Below are positions 38,130 to 48,993 of a stretch of DNA of 64,000 nt, piece after piece; the first letter of the stretch is position 1, and every line of letters starts with the position of its first letter. The position numbers and the translations under genes are program-made. Below the pieces are notes generated by a model. That model worked only from the letters and a program-made list of their open reading frames with translations. It did no database searches and was not told the origin of the DNA. This DNA comes from Candidatus Altimarinota bacterium (GTDB lineage: Bacteria; Patescibacteriota; Gracilibacteria; CAIRYL01; GCA-016699755). The stretch covers positions 960,001 to 1,024,000 of the forward strand of contig OY760935.1 of NCBI GenBank assembly GCA_963664295.1, given 5' to 3'.

Positions 38130-40688
38130 TTAAGTCTTAAGTTTTTGAATTTTTTCTTTTAATTCTTCTGCCAATTGACGAGTTTCTTTTACTAGGTGGG
38201 CAGGTGCTTTTTCTGTGTAGCCTTTGTTATTTAATTTTGCTTCAAGTCCTTTTAGTTGCTCCTCTGCTTCTTTCAGCTCTTTTTTCTTACGAGCCTGCTC
38301 TTTGGCTTCATCAACTAAGCCTTTGAGTGGTAAAGCAATGTCTATGCCAGCTATAAAGTCTTGTACTGCCTTGTCTGCATATTTTTCGTATTTTACCTCC
38401 TCAATACGGGCTAGTGATTTAATGATGGCTTCATTTTTTTTGATTGCATCGAGATTTTTGCCTGTGAAATGAGCAGTAATTTTTTTTACAGGTTCTACTT
38501 TGTGCTCTGCGCGCACAGAACGAATAAAAGAAATAACTTCTTTAACTTTTTCAAATTCTAAATCATTCAAAGCATCATTTTTAGCTTGTGGCCAAGGTGA
38601 AATTATTAGCATTTCTTTTTCACCAATTTCTGACCAGATTTTTTCTGTGACGAATGGCAAAATTGGGTGCCAAAGTTTTAATAAAATTTTTAATGTATCA
38701 AATAATAATGCGTTTGTGTCTGGCCTATTTTCTGCCTTGGATGCTTCAATTGCCCAATCTGCAAATAAGTCCCAGGTAAACTCCCATAATTCTTCAGCAA
38801 CTGCGCCAAGATTATATTTTTGATAATTTTTAGTGGTGTTTTTAATTAAATTAGCTCTTAAGGTCAATATCCATTGTTGTAAGTCTGTTTGTGGCTTTGT
38901 TGGTGCTTCTGTTTTTTCTTGTGAGTTTATGAAACGAGCCATGTTCCAGAGTTTATTGCAAAAATTTCGACAACCTGCGATTTTTTCTTCACCCAAATTT
39001 ACTTGATTTCCTGGACTTGTGCCAATTATGAGTGAAAGACGGACTGCATCAGCACCAAACTTTTTAATCATATCAATTGGGTCTATACCATTTCCTTTGG
39101 ATTTGCTCATTTTTTTGCCATGAGCATCACAAACAAGACCATGTAAATACACTGTTTCATATGGATATTTTCCAGTTGCATAACGACCAAACATGATCAT
39201 GCGGGCAACCCAAAAAAATAAAATATCATGCCCAGTTTCTAATACATTTGTTGGGTAAAATTTTTGATAATCAGGATGGTTTTCGTCTGGCCAACCAAGA
39301 GTAGAAAATGGCCAAAGCGCAGAGGAAAACCAAGTGTCCAAAGTATCTTCGTCTTGACGAAGATTTGAGCTACCACAAGGACATTTTTCAGGTGTTTTTG
39401 TGTCTACAATTTCTTTGCCACAATCATCACAATACCAAACAGGAATGCGATGACCCCACCAAATTTGACGAGAAATACACCAGTCCCGCAGATTTTCTAT
39501 CCAATTAAAATAAATTTTTCCAAATCTTTTAGGGATAATCTCTACATCACCATTTTTTACTGCATCAATTGTTAATTTTTTAATTGTGGTTTTTTTGCCG
39601 GTATGTCGATCTATAAATTCTTTTTCTACTGACACAAACCACTGCGGAGAAATCATTGGCTCAACAACAGTGTGTGAACGATAGCAATAAGCTACTCTGT
39701 TTACATAATTTTCATCAATTTTTTCAATTAAGCCCTTTTTTTTCATTTCTTCGACCACTGCCTTTCTGGCCTCAAACCTATCCATGCCTGCAAATTTACC
39801 AGCATGTTCATTCATTTTTCCGTTAAAATCAATAACTTGTTTGATTTCTAAATTATGTCTTTTTCCTACCTCAAAATCATTTGGATCATGAGCTGGTGTG
39901 ATTTTTACTACACCTGTTCCAAATTTAGGATCCACATATTCATCAGCAATTACCTTTAGTCTTGCTGAGCCAAGCACTGTTTCAATATCTACCTCCTTAC
40001 CAATCCATTTTTGATAGCGCTTGTCGTCTGGATGAACCGCTATGGCAGTATCACCAAACTTTGTTTCCGGGCGCACAGTTGCCAAAGTAAAAGGCCCATA
40101 TTTTATGTAATAAAGAGGATTGTTTTCTTCTTGCCACTCAAGTTCGTCATCAGCAAGTACGCTTTGAGCACCAACAGACCAGTTTATCATGCGTTCACCA
40201 CGCACAATTAAATCATCTTCATAAAGCATTTTAAAAATAGTGTTAACTGCATGATTACGCTCTTCATCAAAAGTGTATGCTTCACGACTCCAATCACAAC
40301 TTGAGCCCATGCGTTTTATTTGATTGCTTATTGTTGCGTGAGATTTTGCAGCAAATTTTTTGCAGTGCTCCAAAAACTCTTCACGACCATATTCCTCTCG
40401 GCTTTTTGCGCCAAGCTCTCTAAGCACCACGTTTTCTGTAGCGATGGCAGCGTGATCTGTGCCAGGAACCCATAAGGTAGATTCGCCAAGCATACGGTGA
40501 TAGCGAATAAAAGCATCTTCAATGGCAAGCATAATCGCATGACCAAGATGTAAAGTTCCTGTCACATTTGGTGGAGGAATTGGTATTGTAAAAGTTTTAT
40601 CAGCATTGTTGGGCTGAAAATAACCTTTTTCTTCCCAGGTTTTATAAAGTTCTTGTTCGCTTTTGTGCGGGTCATATGCTTTTTCCAT
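38130..40688 (-). CDS. valS: Valine--tRNA ligase
   Basis: PPPNVTGTLHLGH, DWCISRQIWWGH, KMSKS, coiled-coil C terminus. Confidence 0.97.
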   Translation of the reverse strand: MEKAYDPHKSEQELYKTWEEKGYFQPNNADKTFTIPIPPPNVTGTLHLGHAIMLAIEDAFIRYHRMLGESTLWVPGTDHAAIATENVVLRELGAKSREEYGREEFLEHCKKFAAKSHATISNQIKRMGSSCDWSREAYTFDEERNHAVNTIFKMLYEDDLIVRGERMINWSVGAQSVLADDELEWQEENNPLYYIKYGPFTLATVRPETKFGDTAIAVHPDDKRYQKWIGKEVDIETVLGSARLKVIADEYVDPKFGTGVVKITPAHDPNDFEVGKRHNLEIKQVIDFNGKMNEHAGKFAGMDRFEARKAVVEEMKKKGLIEKIDENYVNRVAYCYRSHTVVEPMISPQWFVSVEKEFIDRHTGKKTTIKKLTIDAVKNGDVEIIPKRFGKIYFNWIENLRDWCISRQIWWGHRIPVWYCDDCGKEIVDTKTPEKCPCGSSNLRQDEDTLDTWFSSALWPFSTLGWPDENHPDYQKFYPTNVLETGHDILFFWVARMIMFGRYATGKYPYETVYLHGLVCDAHGKKMSKSKGNGIDPIDMIKKFGADAVRLSLIIGTSPGNQVNLGEEKIAGCRNFCNKLWNMARFINSQEKTEAPTKPQTDLQQWILTLRANLIKNTTKNYQKYNLGAVAEELWEFTWDLFADWAIEASKAENRPDTNALLFDTLKILLKLWHPILPFVTEKIWSEIGEKEMLIISPWPQAKNDALNDLEFEKVKEVISFIRSVRAEHKVEPVKKITAHFTGKNLDAIKKNEAIIKSLARIEEVKYEKYADKAVQDFIAGIDIALPLKGLVDEAKEQARKKKELKEAEEQLKGLEAKLNNKGYTEKAPAHLVKETRQLAEELKEKIQKLKT

Positions 40689-40727
40689 TGTTTAATCAAA
40701 ATCAAGGGAAATACTAGCAAAGACCTT

Positions 40728-40775
40728 GCTTATTAGCAATTTTAATTCCAAGCTTATTAGCAATTTTAATTCCAA
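40728..40775 (+). repeat. 24-bp tandem duplication
   Basis: gcttattagcaattttaattccaa twice, spanning the SLH-gene stop and the valS promoter region. Confidence 0.85.
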
Positions 40776-43700
40776 ATTAAGCCATAAATTATTTTTGTAG
40801 CTTGTGCGCGAGTAAGATTATCATTTGGTTTAAACTCTGTGTCTGAAAAACCTTTTACAATACCCAATTCTTTTGCTTTTTCTACCCACGTGATCTGCCA
40901 TGAATCCAAATCTTTAAAGTCTGATTTCTTTTTTGAGCCTTTTAGTCCCTTGATGGTTAGCAGGATTTTTAAAGCTTCAGCGCGGGTAATGTTGTTTTCT
41001 GGTCTTAATGTGCCATCATTATAACCCTTAATGGCATTTTTATTTTTTGCAAATTGTGCATAAGGCGCTAGTTCGTGGTTTGTGGGAATATCTATAAATG
41101 GATTTTGACTTACTGTTGGCAAGGCTTCTTCTCTTAGTGCATCCACGGCCATTTGCAGAAAATCACCACGAGTTATGGCTTTATTAGGATAAAACTTTTT
41201 ATTATCCTTAATAACACCAAATAATTTTAATTTTATTATATATTCTGTTGCCCACTCAGCATCTTTTAGGTCTGAAAATATTTGACTCGTTCCTCTTTTA
41301 ATTGGTGAACTGCCATTTTTTATTTCTTCATTGTCATCATGGCCATCGTTATCAGAGTCTATATTTTCTTCATCTGTACCTAAAAAGTGCTCTTCAATAT
41401 TGCTTAATCCGTCACCATCTAGGTCGTCTTCGCTTGTTGTATAGCCTTCTTCTGCGTTGTTTTCTTCGTTTTGATTATCATTACTGTTATCATTTTCGTT
41501 TTCACTGTTTCCCCCGGTTTTTTGGAGCAAGTCTTCATCAATAGAAACATCCCCAAGCTGATTTACAACAATGCTTTTGCAATAGTCCACCCCATTTTCC
41601 CCATCTTCGCCTTGACCGTTGATACAAAAAATAGTTGGATTTCTTATTTCTACTGTTTCGGAATTAATTTTTGATTTATTTTTAATGATTACGCCGTTGT
41701 TGTTGCCAAAATCAAGAGCCCTTACAGCAAATTGATTATTGTTTTTTGGATCAAAAGACAAAGATATTTTTGAATTATCAGTTAAAAATGGCAACAAATT
41801 GCCCTCTATTTTATATTCATCACCCTCTTCGTCTTCTGTTAATGGCATTTCAAATGGCGGAAAAGATAGATAAACAATGTTTTTTGTTGTTCTTATAAAA
41901 GCAGGTCCAGCAACTTCTTTGCTACCTTTTTTGAGATATATTTCGCTAAATGGTGCTATTTTTAATTTATCTATTGCAAACTCACTTTCAGGATCTCCTT
42001 CTTCAAAATTTAACTCAAGCTCCATTTGCTGTATTGCCAGATTAGAAACAAAGTTTTTAATATTTAAATTAGCAAGCACAAGCTCTTCTTGCTTTTCTTC
42101 TATAATTGCTGTTTTTTCCTCTGTTTCAAGTTTCTGAAAACTAAATTCAAGATATGCACTATCAGAAGGGGCTATTTCAAGGTCAAATCCTTCACTAATT
42201 TTTTCTTCTGGATAAGTTGCCTTAACTCGCAAAGACCCACTTTTTGCGTCTTCTGGAAGAATAGCAGTAATTTTTTTGCCACGACTATCAACATCAGTGA
42301 CTGTTAGCTCGGACTTATTTAGTGTGACAACATTGTGTTTAATATTTGTTGGAAAGTTATAGCCATAAATTTCAACTTTTTTGCCACGCACTTTGCCTTC
42401 TGGGAATAAAACTTTTTTAATCATTGGCGCAGCATAAACCGCGGTAGGATGGTCAGATCCAAAGGGCACCTCTAAAACATTGCTTTTATTTTTACCTCTT
42501 TGGACATAAATTTTAACAACTTTACTTGGTTCTTCGCTAAGCTCTACATCGGTGGAATCTTCTGGTAATAAAAATCCAGCCTCAATTTTTCCACCTGATA
42601 ATTTTACCCCGTCCAAGCCAATATTTTTGTCCAATTTAGCTCCGGAAACACTTAATTTAATGTCGCTAGTGTCGTTGCCAAAACCTGAACCGTATATTGT
42701 AAAAGGTGTGCCTTCATGGAAGCCATATTTGTCTTCTATTTTATAAATTCTTGGCTCCAAATTTTCTTCCAAATCATATTCAAATGGATTGGATTGATAT
42801 TTTTCGTAGGCTGTTATTAAAATTTCACCTTTTGTTTTAATGTCATTTTCAGTGTTAATGCGAATTTTGTTATATACTGTGCTAAATTCGTCTTGGCCAA
42901 TTTTTTTGCCACCTATTTTAATTTCAATATCGTCTTCATTTGTTGGTAAGTTGTTAGCAAAAATATCTAAGATTTTTTCCTGTCTTTTATCGCTTATATA
43001 TTCAATATTTGTTATTTCTACTGGATCTGATTTTTCGTAAACCAAAATATTGCTTTCTGTTTTATCAACCACAACTTTTATTAAAGAAAGTGGAGGTAAG
43101 GGCTTTGGTGCCTCTGCTTCTATGATAATTTTGCCATAATGGTTTTCGTAAATTTGTTCTGGTGTGACAGATTTATTATTAAATTTAACTTTTACTTTTT
43201 TTGTGTCATTAGGAATATTTTCAGCTACAATCTTAAAAAGATCCTTATTATCATCACTCACACCTTTTTCCACAGAAATATTTTGTATTATTGGAGGGAA
43301 AATTTTGGACATTTTTAATTCATTACTTTTTAAGCCATCACGAATAATTTCTATATCTTTTTGGTATTTTAAGCGCGGTAGTTTAAAACTAATTAAATTA
43401 TCAGTTATTTTATAGTTTTTAAGTCCGCTCAGGCTTATTTCGGTGTCAACAAATAGTCCGGAGAAATTTTTGCCATGGATTTCAACCTCCTTACCAGGCA
43501 AAATTCCGTCTTTTCCGTAAACAAAATAAATTTCTGGTGCTGGCACATCAACATAAAAAGGATCACTTTCCACTATTTCTTTTTTGTATTTTATTTCTAC
43601 TCTTATATTGCCGGACTTTGTGTCTTCATCAAGACGCACAGCCATATGATCAAATACAACATATTCAATGTCACTACTAACATTCAGCTCTTTGTTGTCA

Positions 43701-43933
43701 GGACCTGTGACATATACCTTAACTGTTGAGTCGTTGGCAAATTGTTCAAAATTTCTTCCTGTAATAACCATTAAAAAATTTTTTGCCTTTTTGTTTTCTT
43801 GAAAGGTGACATTGTAAATTTCCGGCTTACTTAATAACCCTTCTTCACCGTCTTCCTCTGCTTTTACATAACAGCAGGAAAAAACAAGAACAAAGCTTGT
43901 TAGTAAGGCAATAATTCTTTTTGTGTTAAACAT
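40766..43933 (-). CDS. Surface protein: IPT/TIG-like domains, TSP3-like Ca-binding repeats, C-terminal SLH
   Basis: Signal peptide; EIHGKNF, TIYGSGFG, EIYGYNF; DLDGDGLSN..DSDNDG; IKGYNDGTLRPENNITRAE, GFSDTEFKPNDNLTRAQ. Confidence 0.85.
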   Translation of the reverse strand: MFNTKRIIALLTSFVLVFSCCYVKAEEDGEEGLLSKPEIYNVTFQENKKAKNFLMVITGRNFEQFANDSTVKVYVTGPDNKELNVSSDIEYVVFDHMAVRLDEDTKSGNIRVEIKYKKEIVESDPFYVDVPAPEIYFVYGKDGILPGKEVEIHGKNFSGLFVDTEISLSGLKNYKITDNLISFKLPRLKYQKDIEIIRDGLKSNELKMSKIFPPIIQNISVEKGVSDDNKDLFKIVAENIPNDTKKVKVKFNNKSVTPEQIYENHYGKIIIEAEAPKPLPPLSLIKVVVDKTESNILVYEKSDPVEITNIEYISDKRQEKILDIFANNLPTNEDDIEIKIGGKKIGQDEFSTVYNKIRINTENDIKTKGEILITAYEKYQSNPFEYDLEENLEPRIYKIEDKYGFHEGTPFTIYGSGFGNDTSDIKLSVSGAKLDKNIGLDGVKLSGGKIEAGFLLPEDSTDVELSEEPSKVVKIYVQRGKNKSNVLEVPFGSDHPTAVYAAPMIKKVLFPEGKVRGKKVEIYGYNFPTNIKHNVVTLNKSELTVTDVDSRGKKITAILPEDAKSGSLRVKATYPEEKISEGFDLEIAPSDSAYLEFSFQKLETEEKTAIIEEKQEELVLANLNIKNFVSNLAIQQMELELNFEEGDPESEFAIDKLKIAPFSEIYLKKGSKEVAGPAFIRTTKNIVYLSFPPFEMPLTEDEEGDEYKIEGNLLPFLTDNSKISLSFDPKNNNQFAVRALDFGNNNGVIIKNKSKINSETVEIRNPTIFCINGQGEDGENGVDYCKSIVVNQLGDVSIDEDLLQKTGGNSENENDNSNDNQNEENNAEEGYTTSEDDLDGDGLSNIEEHFLGTDEENIDSDNDGHDDNEEIKNGSSPIKRGTSQIFSDLKDAEWATEYIIKLKLFGVIKDNKKFYPNKAITRGDFLQMAVDALREEALPTVSQNPFIDIPTNHELAPYAQFAKNKNAIKGYNDGTLRPENNITRAEALKILLTIKGLKGSKKKSDFKDLDSWQITWVEKAKELGIVKGFSDTEFKPNDNLTRAQATKIIYGLIWN

Positions 43934-44007
43934 ATTTTTTAAATATATCAAGATGTTTATAACAAATTATTGTCTATTTTGCACGAAAAATAAACCTTTA
44001 ATGGAAA

Positions 44008-44505
44008 CTAGGCTTGATAATTTTTTTGTCTATTCCAAATAAAATCAAACTCTTTTTTTGTTGGGGCGTTTTTTCTGTCTTTTATTCTTTGATACGCTTT
44101 TTGTTTTGAACACTTTGCTGTAATTATTGTTTCGCAAAAACTAGGAAAATCAAACTTTTCCCACAAAGCACCCACAATAAACAAACTCTTTTTTTCTTTT
44201 TTTGCTTTATCTATGTGGTTTTTCATTTCTATTTTCATGTCTGGGTGAACTATTTTTTCTAGCTCATCAAGGCTTTTTTTTGAAGAAAAAACTATTTTTT
44301 TTAAGAGGCTCCTGTTGATTTCACTATTTTTGTTTAAAATTTGTTCCCCAAATTTTTTTATAAGTTGTGATTTAATTTTTTGTTTTTTTAATATACTGTG
44401 TCCAACTTCGTCCATTTCTAAAATAATGCCACCTTTTTTAAGGGCTAATTTTTTGGCAAGCGTGCTTTTGCCAGTTCCTATTTTACCAGTTATGCCAATT
44501 ATCAT
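44008..44505 (-). CDS. coaE: Dephospho-CoA kinase
   Basis: IIGITGKIGTGKST, DEVGH, INRSLL..IVF, LEKIVHP. Confidence 0.85.
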   Translation of the reverse strand: MIIGITGKIGTGKSTLAKKLALKKGGIILEMDEVGHSILKKQKIKSQLIKKFGEQILNKNSEINRSLLKKIVFSSKKSLDELEKIVHPDMKIEMKNHIDKAKKEKKSLFIVGALWEKFDFPSFCETIITAKCSKQKAYQRIKDRKNAPTKKEFDFIWNRQKNYQA

Positions 44506-45119
44506 TTTTTTGGAGGAACACCTTTTTCTGCTATGTGTTTATGGACTATGTCCACTAATAATTCTTGTAGCGCATCAGCATTTTGCATTTTTTGTCCATT
44601 TATATATTCTTCTCTAATTTTGAGCACATATAGTTCTATGTTTTTTGGATTATTAGCGTTTTTTAGGACAACATGGTCCCCTGAAGTAAGGCCAGCATAA
44701 ATATCGCCATAGTTTAATACTGTGCCCAAAAAACCTTTTTTTTCGTAGGCAATCTCTTTGATGTCATTAAAGTCAACTCTTGATGATAGTCTGTGAAAAA
44801 GACTTTTCCACTCAACATCCAACATAGACATATTGGTCACTAGCCAGGCATCAAAATACCAGTCCATTAAGGCAGATAGGTATATCAAAGATGCAAAAAT
44901 AGTCCACAAAACAGAAAGCCAAAACATAGGCGGAAAAAGCATCCAAAGAACCCAAGGCATTGCCCAGCCAAGAAAAAATATCTTTGTAGACATTTTAAAG
45001 ATTTCAATCCAATGCTTATGTCCAACAAAAAGGATTTTTTCTCCTTCTGCCAAGTGGGACCGAAAAATTATTTTTTGAAGTATCACAGATACAGTTTGAC
45101 AAAAAATTTGCTTTTGCAA
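44502..45119 (-). CDS. Membrane protein with bacterial PH-like domain (start uncertain)
   Basis: HKHW, two TMs, WYFDAWLVTN, LNYGDI. Confidence 0.7.
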   Translation of the reverse strand: MQKQIFCQTVSVILQKIIFRSHLAEGEKILFVGHKHWIEIFKMSTKIFFLGWAMPWVLWMLFPPMFWLSVLWTIFASLIYLSALMDWYFDAWLVTNMSMLDVEWKSLFHRLSSRVDFNDIKEIAYEKKGFLGTVLNYGDIYAGLTSGDHVVLKNANNPKNIELYVLKIREEYINGQKMQNADALQELLVDIVHKHIAEKGVPPKK

Positions 45120-45166
45120 AAGTAAGATTTTTGTGTGAAAATTTTTTTTGTAATAATATTAGGGGT

Positions 45167-46285
45167 ATGGAAGAAAACAATAACAATCAATTTGCGGGAA
45201 ATAATGAGGAAAATTTAAGCGAGAAAAGCCTAGATGATATTCGCAAAGAGCAAGTTGATAATGAAAAAATTGAGGAAAAAACTTCGGAAATCAAGAATAC
45301 AGAAGAAAAACCACATTTAAAGCTAAGTGTAGACCTTGGCTCTGCTATGCAACCGTCTCAACATGCACAAGAAGAAAAACCCAAGCCAGAAGAAAAAGAA
45401 AAAACCCAAGAACAAGTGCAAGAAGAAAGTGACAAACAAAAAGAACAAGAAGAAAAACCTAAGCCAGAAGAAAAAGTAGGCTTAAAACTGGAAGGTGTTT
45501 ATCAGCCAAAAGGAAAAATGTGGGGCAAGGTTGTTAAAAAAGAAGGAGAAAGCGAATTGCGTTTTCAGATGCGAAAAATTTTAATGTTTTTAGCAGATTT
45601 ATTTTTGGATATTGTTATTATTTTAATAATAGTTGTGTTTATTAGAGTTTTTCTCATGTCGCCTTTTCAGGTAAAAGGCAGATCCATGTATGATACTTTT
45701 GAAAATGGTGATTTTATCATTGTTGACGAAATAAGTTATCGCTTTGGTGACCCCCAGAGAGGAGATATTATTGTTTTTAAGCCTCCTACAAAAGATAGTG
45801 TTTCTGAGCAAACTGGTTTAGCTTGTTTTTTTAGAAAAACTTATGCACGCATAACAGGAGAAAATACAGAAACAGCCTGTATTGTTTCGGATTATTTTGT
45901 AAAAAGAATTATTGGCACACCTGGAGACACTGTTAAGATTAAAGATGGCAAAGTCTATGTAAAACCACGCAATTCAGACAATGAATTTAAGTTAGTGGAA
46001 GCTTATCTTATGCCAGAAAATCAAAATCACACTTGCTTAACCCAGTCTAACTCTTGCGCTACTACTCTTGACATGGATGGTAAAACTTTTGAAGTTCCAG
46101 AGGATTTTTATTTCGTTTTAGGCGACAACAGAAATGGAAGCAATGACTCAAGACATTGGCAAGAAAACGGTCAGCCGTCTTCATATGTTCCTTTTGATAA
46201 TATTCGTGGTAAGGTGCGCGTTGTTATTTGGCCATTGAATGATATTCAGTGGGTTGGTAAAGAAAATTATGAAAGCGAACAATAA
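45167..46285 (+). CDS. lepB: Signal peptidase I with long acidic N-terminal extension
   Basis: VKGRSMYDT, RGDIIVF, FVKRIIGTPGD, LGDNRNGSNDSR. Confidence 0.92.
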   Translation: MEENNNNQFAGNNEENLSEKSLDDIRKEQVDNEKIEEKTSEIKNTEEKPHLKLSVDLGSAMQPSQHAQEEKPKPEEKEKTQEQVQEESDKQKEQEEKPKPEEKVGLKLEGVYQPKGKMWGKVVKKEGESELRFQMRKILMFLADLFLDIVIILIIVVFIRVFLMSPFQVKGRSMYDTFENGDFIIVDEISYRFGDPQRGDIIVFKPPTKDSVSEQTGLACFFRKTYARITGENTETACIVSDYFVKRIIGTPGDTVKIKDGKVYVKPRNSDNEFKLVEAYLMPENQNHTCLTQSNSCATTLDMDGKTFEVPEDFYFVLGDNRNGSNDSRHWQENGQPSSYVPFDNIRGKVRVVIWPLNDIQWVGKENYESEQ

Positions 46286-46286
46286 A

Positions 46287-47708
46287 CTAGCTTAATAGTT
46301 TTTTTAGGATTTCATTTACTGCTTTTGGGTTTGCTTGACCCTTGCTTTTTTGCATAACTTTGCCGACTAAGGCTCCCAAAGCTCGATCTTTACCGCCTTT
46401 ATAGTCTTCTGCTATTTGAGCATTTTCACTGATGACTTCTTGGCAGAATTTTTCAATTTCTCCTTGATCAGAGATTTGTACTAAGCCTTTTTCTTCAATG
46501 TATTTTTCAGGATCTAAATTATCACCAGCAATTGTTGGAAAAATTTCCTTAGCAATTTTATTTGATATTTCTCCAGCTTCTACTAAAGCAATAAGTTTAC
46601 CTAAATTTTCCGCAGAAAGTTGGCAATTTGGATTTTCTTTTAATAAAGCCAGATAGTCGCCAATAATCCAGTTTGCTGTTTTTTGTGGGCTTTTTGTAAT
46701 TTTTACAGTTTCTTCAAAAAAATCAGCTAATTGTTTTTCGCTGGTTAAAACCACTGCTTGAGCAAACGGCAAAGCGTGTTCTTCTATAAAACGCAGAGTT
46801 TTTGTTGCTGGTAATTCTGGTAATTCTTTTTTTATTGTTTCCACTTCTTGGTCTGTGGTTTCGATTGGCGGTAGGTCTGGCTCAGGAAAGTAACGATAAT
46901 CTGCGCTTTCTTCTTTTGTTCTTTGGCTTATGCTTTTTTCTTTGTCTGCATCCCAGCCTCTTGTTTCTTGAATTATTTTTTCACCATTTTCTAGTGCCTT
47001 TTTTTGTCTTTTTATTTCATATTCCATTGCTTTTTTTACATTGGCAAAAGAATTCATGTTTTTTATTTCCACCTTTGTGCCAAACTCTTTTGCACCTTTT
47101 TTACGAATTGAAATATTAGCATCACATCTCATCATTCCTTTTTCCATGTCTGCATCAGAAGTGCCTAAATAACGCATTATTTTTTGTAGTTCTTTTAAAA
47201 ACTCAAAAACTTCATCTGGTGAACGAAAATCAGGCTCAGTCACTATTTCCAAAAGAGGAGAGCCGGCTCTATTAAGATCAACAAGTGAAGAATGAGCGCC
47301 TTCATGCATCAATTTGCCAGCGTCATTTTCCAGATGAGCCCTGTTGATACGAAAAGTTTTTTTCTTTTTTTCAATAAGCACATCAACTTCACCTTTTTCT
47401 GCTACAGGTTCGTCAAATTGAGAAATTTGAAAGCCGGAAGGCAAGTCTGGATAAAAATAACTTTTGCGATCAAATTTTGAATATGGAAGAAGTTTACATT
47501 TTAAAGCTAATGCGGTTTTTTGTGCCATTTTTAATGCACTTTGGTTTAATACTGGCAGTGTGCCAGGAAAACCGCTACAAACCGGGCATATTAAAGTGTT
47601 TGCCTCTTTGTTAAAAGTATCATTTGAGCAATTACAAAAAAGCTTGGTTTTGCTTTTTAGTCTAACGTGGATTTCTAGTCCTCCTACCATTTCGTAAGTA
47701 TTTTCCAT
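46287..47708 (-). CDS. gatB: Asp/Glu-tRNA amidotransferase subunit B
   Basis: GLEIHV, FDRKSYFYPDLP, RCDANIS, YRYFPEPDL. Confidence 0.97.
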   Translation of the reverse strand: MENTYEMVGGLEIHVRLKSKTKLFCNCSNDTFNKEANTLICPVCSGFPGTLPVLNQSALKMAQKTALALKCKLLPYSKFDRKSYFYPDLPSGFQISQFDEPVAEKGEVDVLIEKKKKTFRINRAHLENDAGKLMHEGAHSSLVDLNRAGSPLLEIVTEPDFRSPDEVFEFLKELQKIMRYLGTSDADMEKGMMRCDANISIRKKGAKEFGTKVEIKNMNSFANVKKAMEYEIKRQKKALENGEKIIQETRGWDADKEKSISQRTKEESADYRYFPEPDLPPIETTDQEVETIKKELPELPATKTLRFIEEHALPFAQAVVLTSEKQLADFFEETVKITKSPQKTANWIIGDYLALLKENPNCQLSAENLGKLIALVEAGEISNKIAKEIFPTIAGDNLDPEKYIEEKGLVQISDQGEIEKFCQEVISENAQIAEDYKGGKDRALGALVGKVMQKSKGQANPKAVNEILKKLLS

Positions 47709-47770
47709 AAAAATAATCCTAAAAAATAACGATACAATTTTTGCACAAAACTATTTTTGTAGCAAAATCT

Positions 47771-48880
47771 TTATTGTTCCATAAGACTTTTTATTTCTGC
47801 GGTAATTGCTTTTTTGAAATTTTCTTCTGAAAATTGTTCAGCATGGGCACTTATTTTTTTGTAATCAAAGTTTTTTTCAATTTCAAAAAAATAAGTCATG
47901 GCATTTAATAGCGAGTCTTCGTTTTGTTCATCAAAAAATACACCTGTTTTTTCAGGAACTACAGACTCTTGCAACCCTGCAGAATTAAAAGCAATAACTG
48001 GCTTTCCGGACGCCATTGCTTCAACAGGAGTAATGCCAAAATCTTCTATCCCCGGAAAAATAAAACCACGACAATTTTGTATGTATTCGGTGACAACAGA
48101 GTCACTTTTTCTTCCTAAAAATTCAATATTTTTTCCAGCAATGTCTTTTAGATAATCTAAGTCATCGCCTGCTCCAATAATAATTAGTTTGTGCTTAGGA
48201 ATTCTATTAAAAGCTTTTATGGCAATGTCTATTTTTTTGTATGGTTGGAGAGCAGAAACTATTAAAAAATAGCCTTCATTTGTTTTTGTGGGTGTAAATC
48301 TTTTTGTGTTTACAGGAGGAAAAATTACATTAGCATCTTTGCGCCAAAATTTATCTATCCTTCTTTGTACTGTTTTTGAGTTAGCGATAATTTTTTCTGC
48401 CCTTGCTGATGCGACAAAATCCCACATTCTTAATTTATGAGCATAATTATAAATCATTGCTTTTTTTAGCCTACCAAATATGCTTTTTTTTGCTTGTTGA
48501 TCTGCTACTTGATGATAATAGTCCCAAACATAACGCATGGGAGAGTGGCAATAACAAAGGTGTTTTGTGTCTGTGTTGGTTAAAATTCCATGCGCAAAAG
48601 CACTAGACGAAGAAATTACTAAGTCGTAATCATTAAAATTAAAACTCTCTATTGCTTTTGGCATTTTTGTGCGCAAAAAAGAGAGAGGAACACCAAACTT
48701 ATAGCTTTCATTTATTTTGGCTGTTTTAACTTTTTCTTTTGGAAAATCCTGTCCGCACTTTTTTTCATCATAAAGCAGAGTGTATATTGGGGCTTTTGGG
48801 AACATTTCACTAAAAATTTTGGCCACTCTTTCAGCGCCACCTAGTTTAATCAAAAGCTCATGTACAATTGCTATTTTCAT
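47771..48880 (-). CDS. Glycosyltransferase family 4
   Basis: GGAERV, YCHSPMRYVW, EDFGITPVEAMASGKPV. Confidence 0.93.
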   Translation of the reverse strand: MKIAIVHELLIKLGGAERVAKIFSEMFPKAPIYTLLYDEKKCGQDFPKEKVKTAKINESYKFGVPLSFLRTKMPKAIESFNFNDYDLVISSSSAFAHGILTNTDTKHLCYCHSPMRYVWDYYHQVADQQAKKSIFGRLKKAMIYNYAHKLRMWDFVASARAEKIIANSKTVQRRIDKFWRKDANVIFPPVNTKRFTPTKTNEGYFLIVSALQPYKKIDIAIKAFNRIPKHKLIIIGAGDDLDYLKDIAGKNIEFLGRKSDSVVTEYIQNCRGFIFPGIEDFGITPVEAMASGKPVIAFNSAGLQESVVPEKTGVFFDEQNEDSLLNAMTYFFEIEKNFDYKKISAHAEQFSEENFKKAITAEIKSLMEQ

Positions 48881-48993
48881 GGACAGTTATAGGTCTTTAA
48901 ATTGTGTCATAAAAACAAAAAAACCAAAAGAATAAAATTTACTTGACAAATATAAAAAAAAAGTAAAAAATAACAATCCTTTAGTATAAGGAC

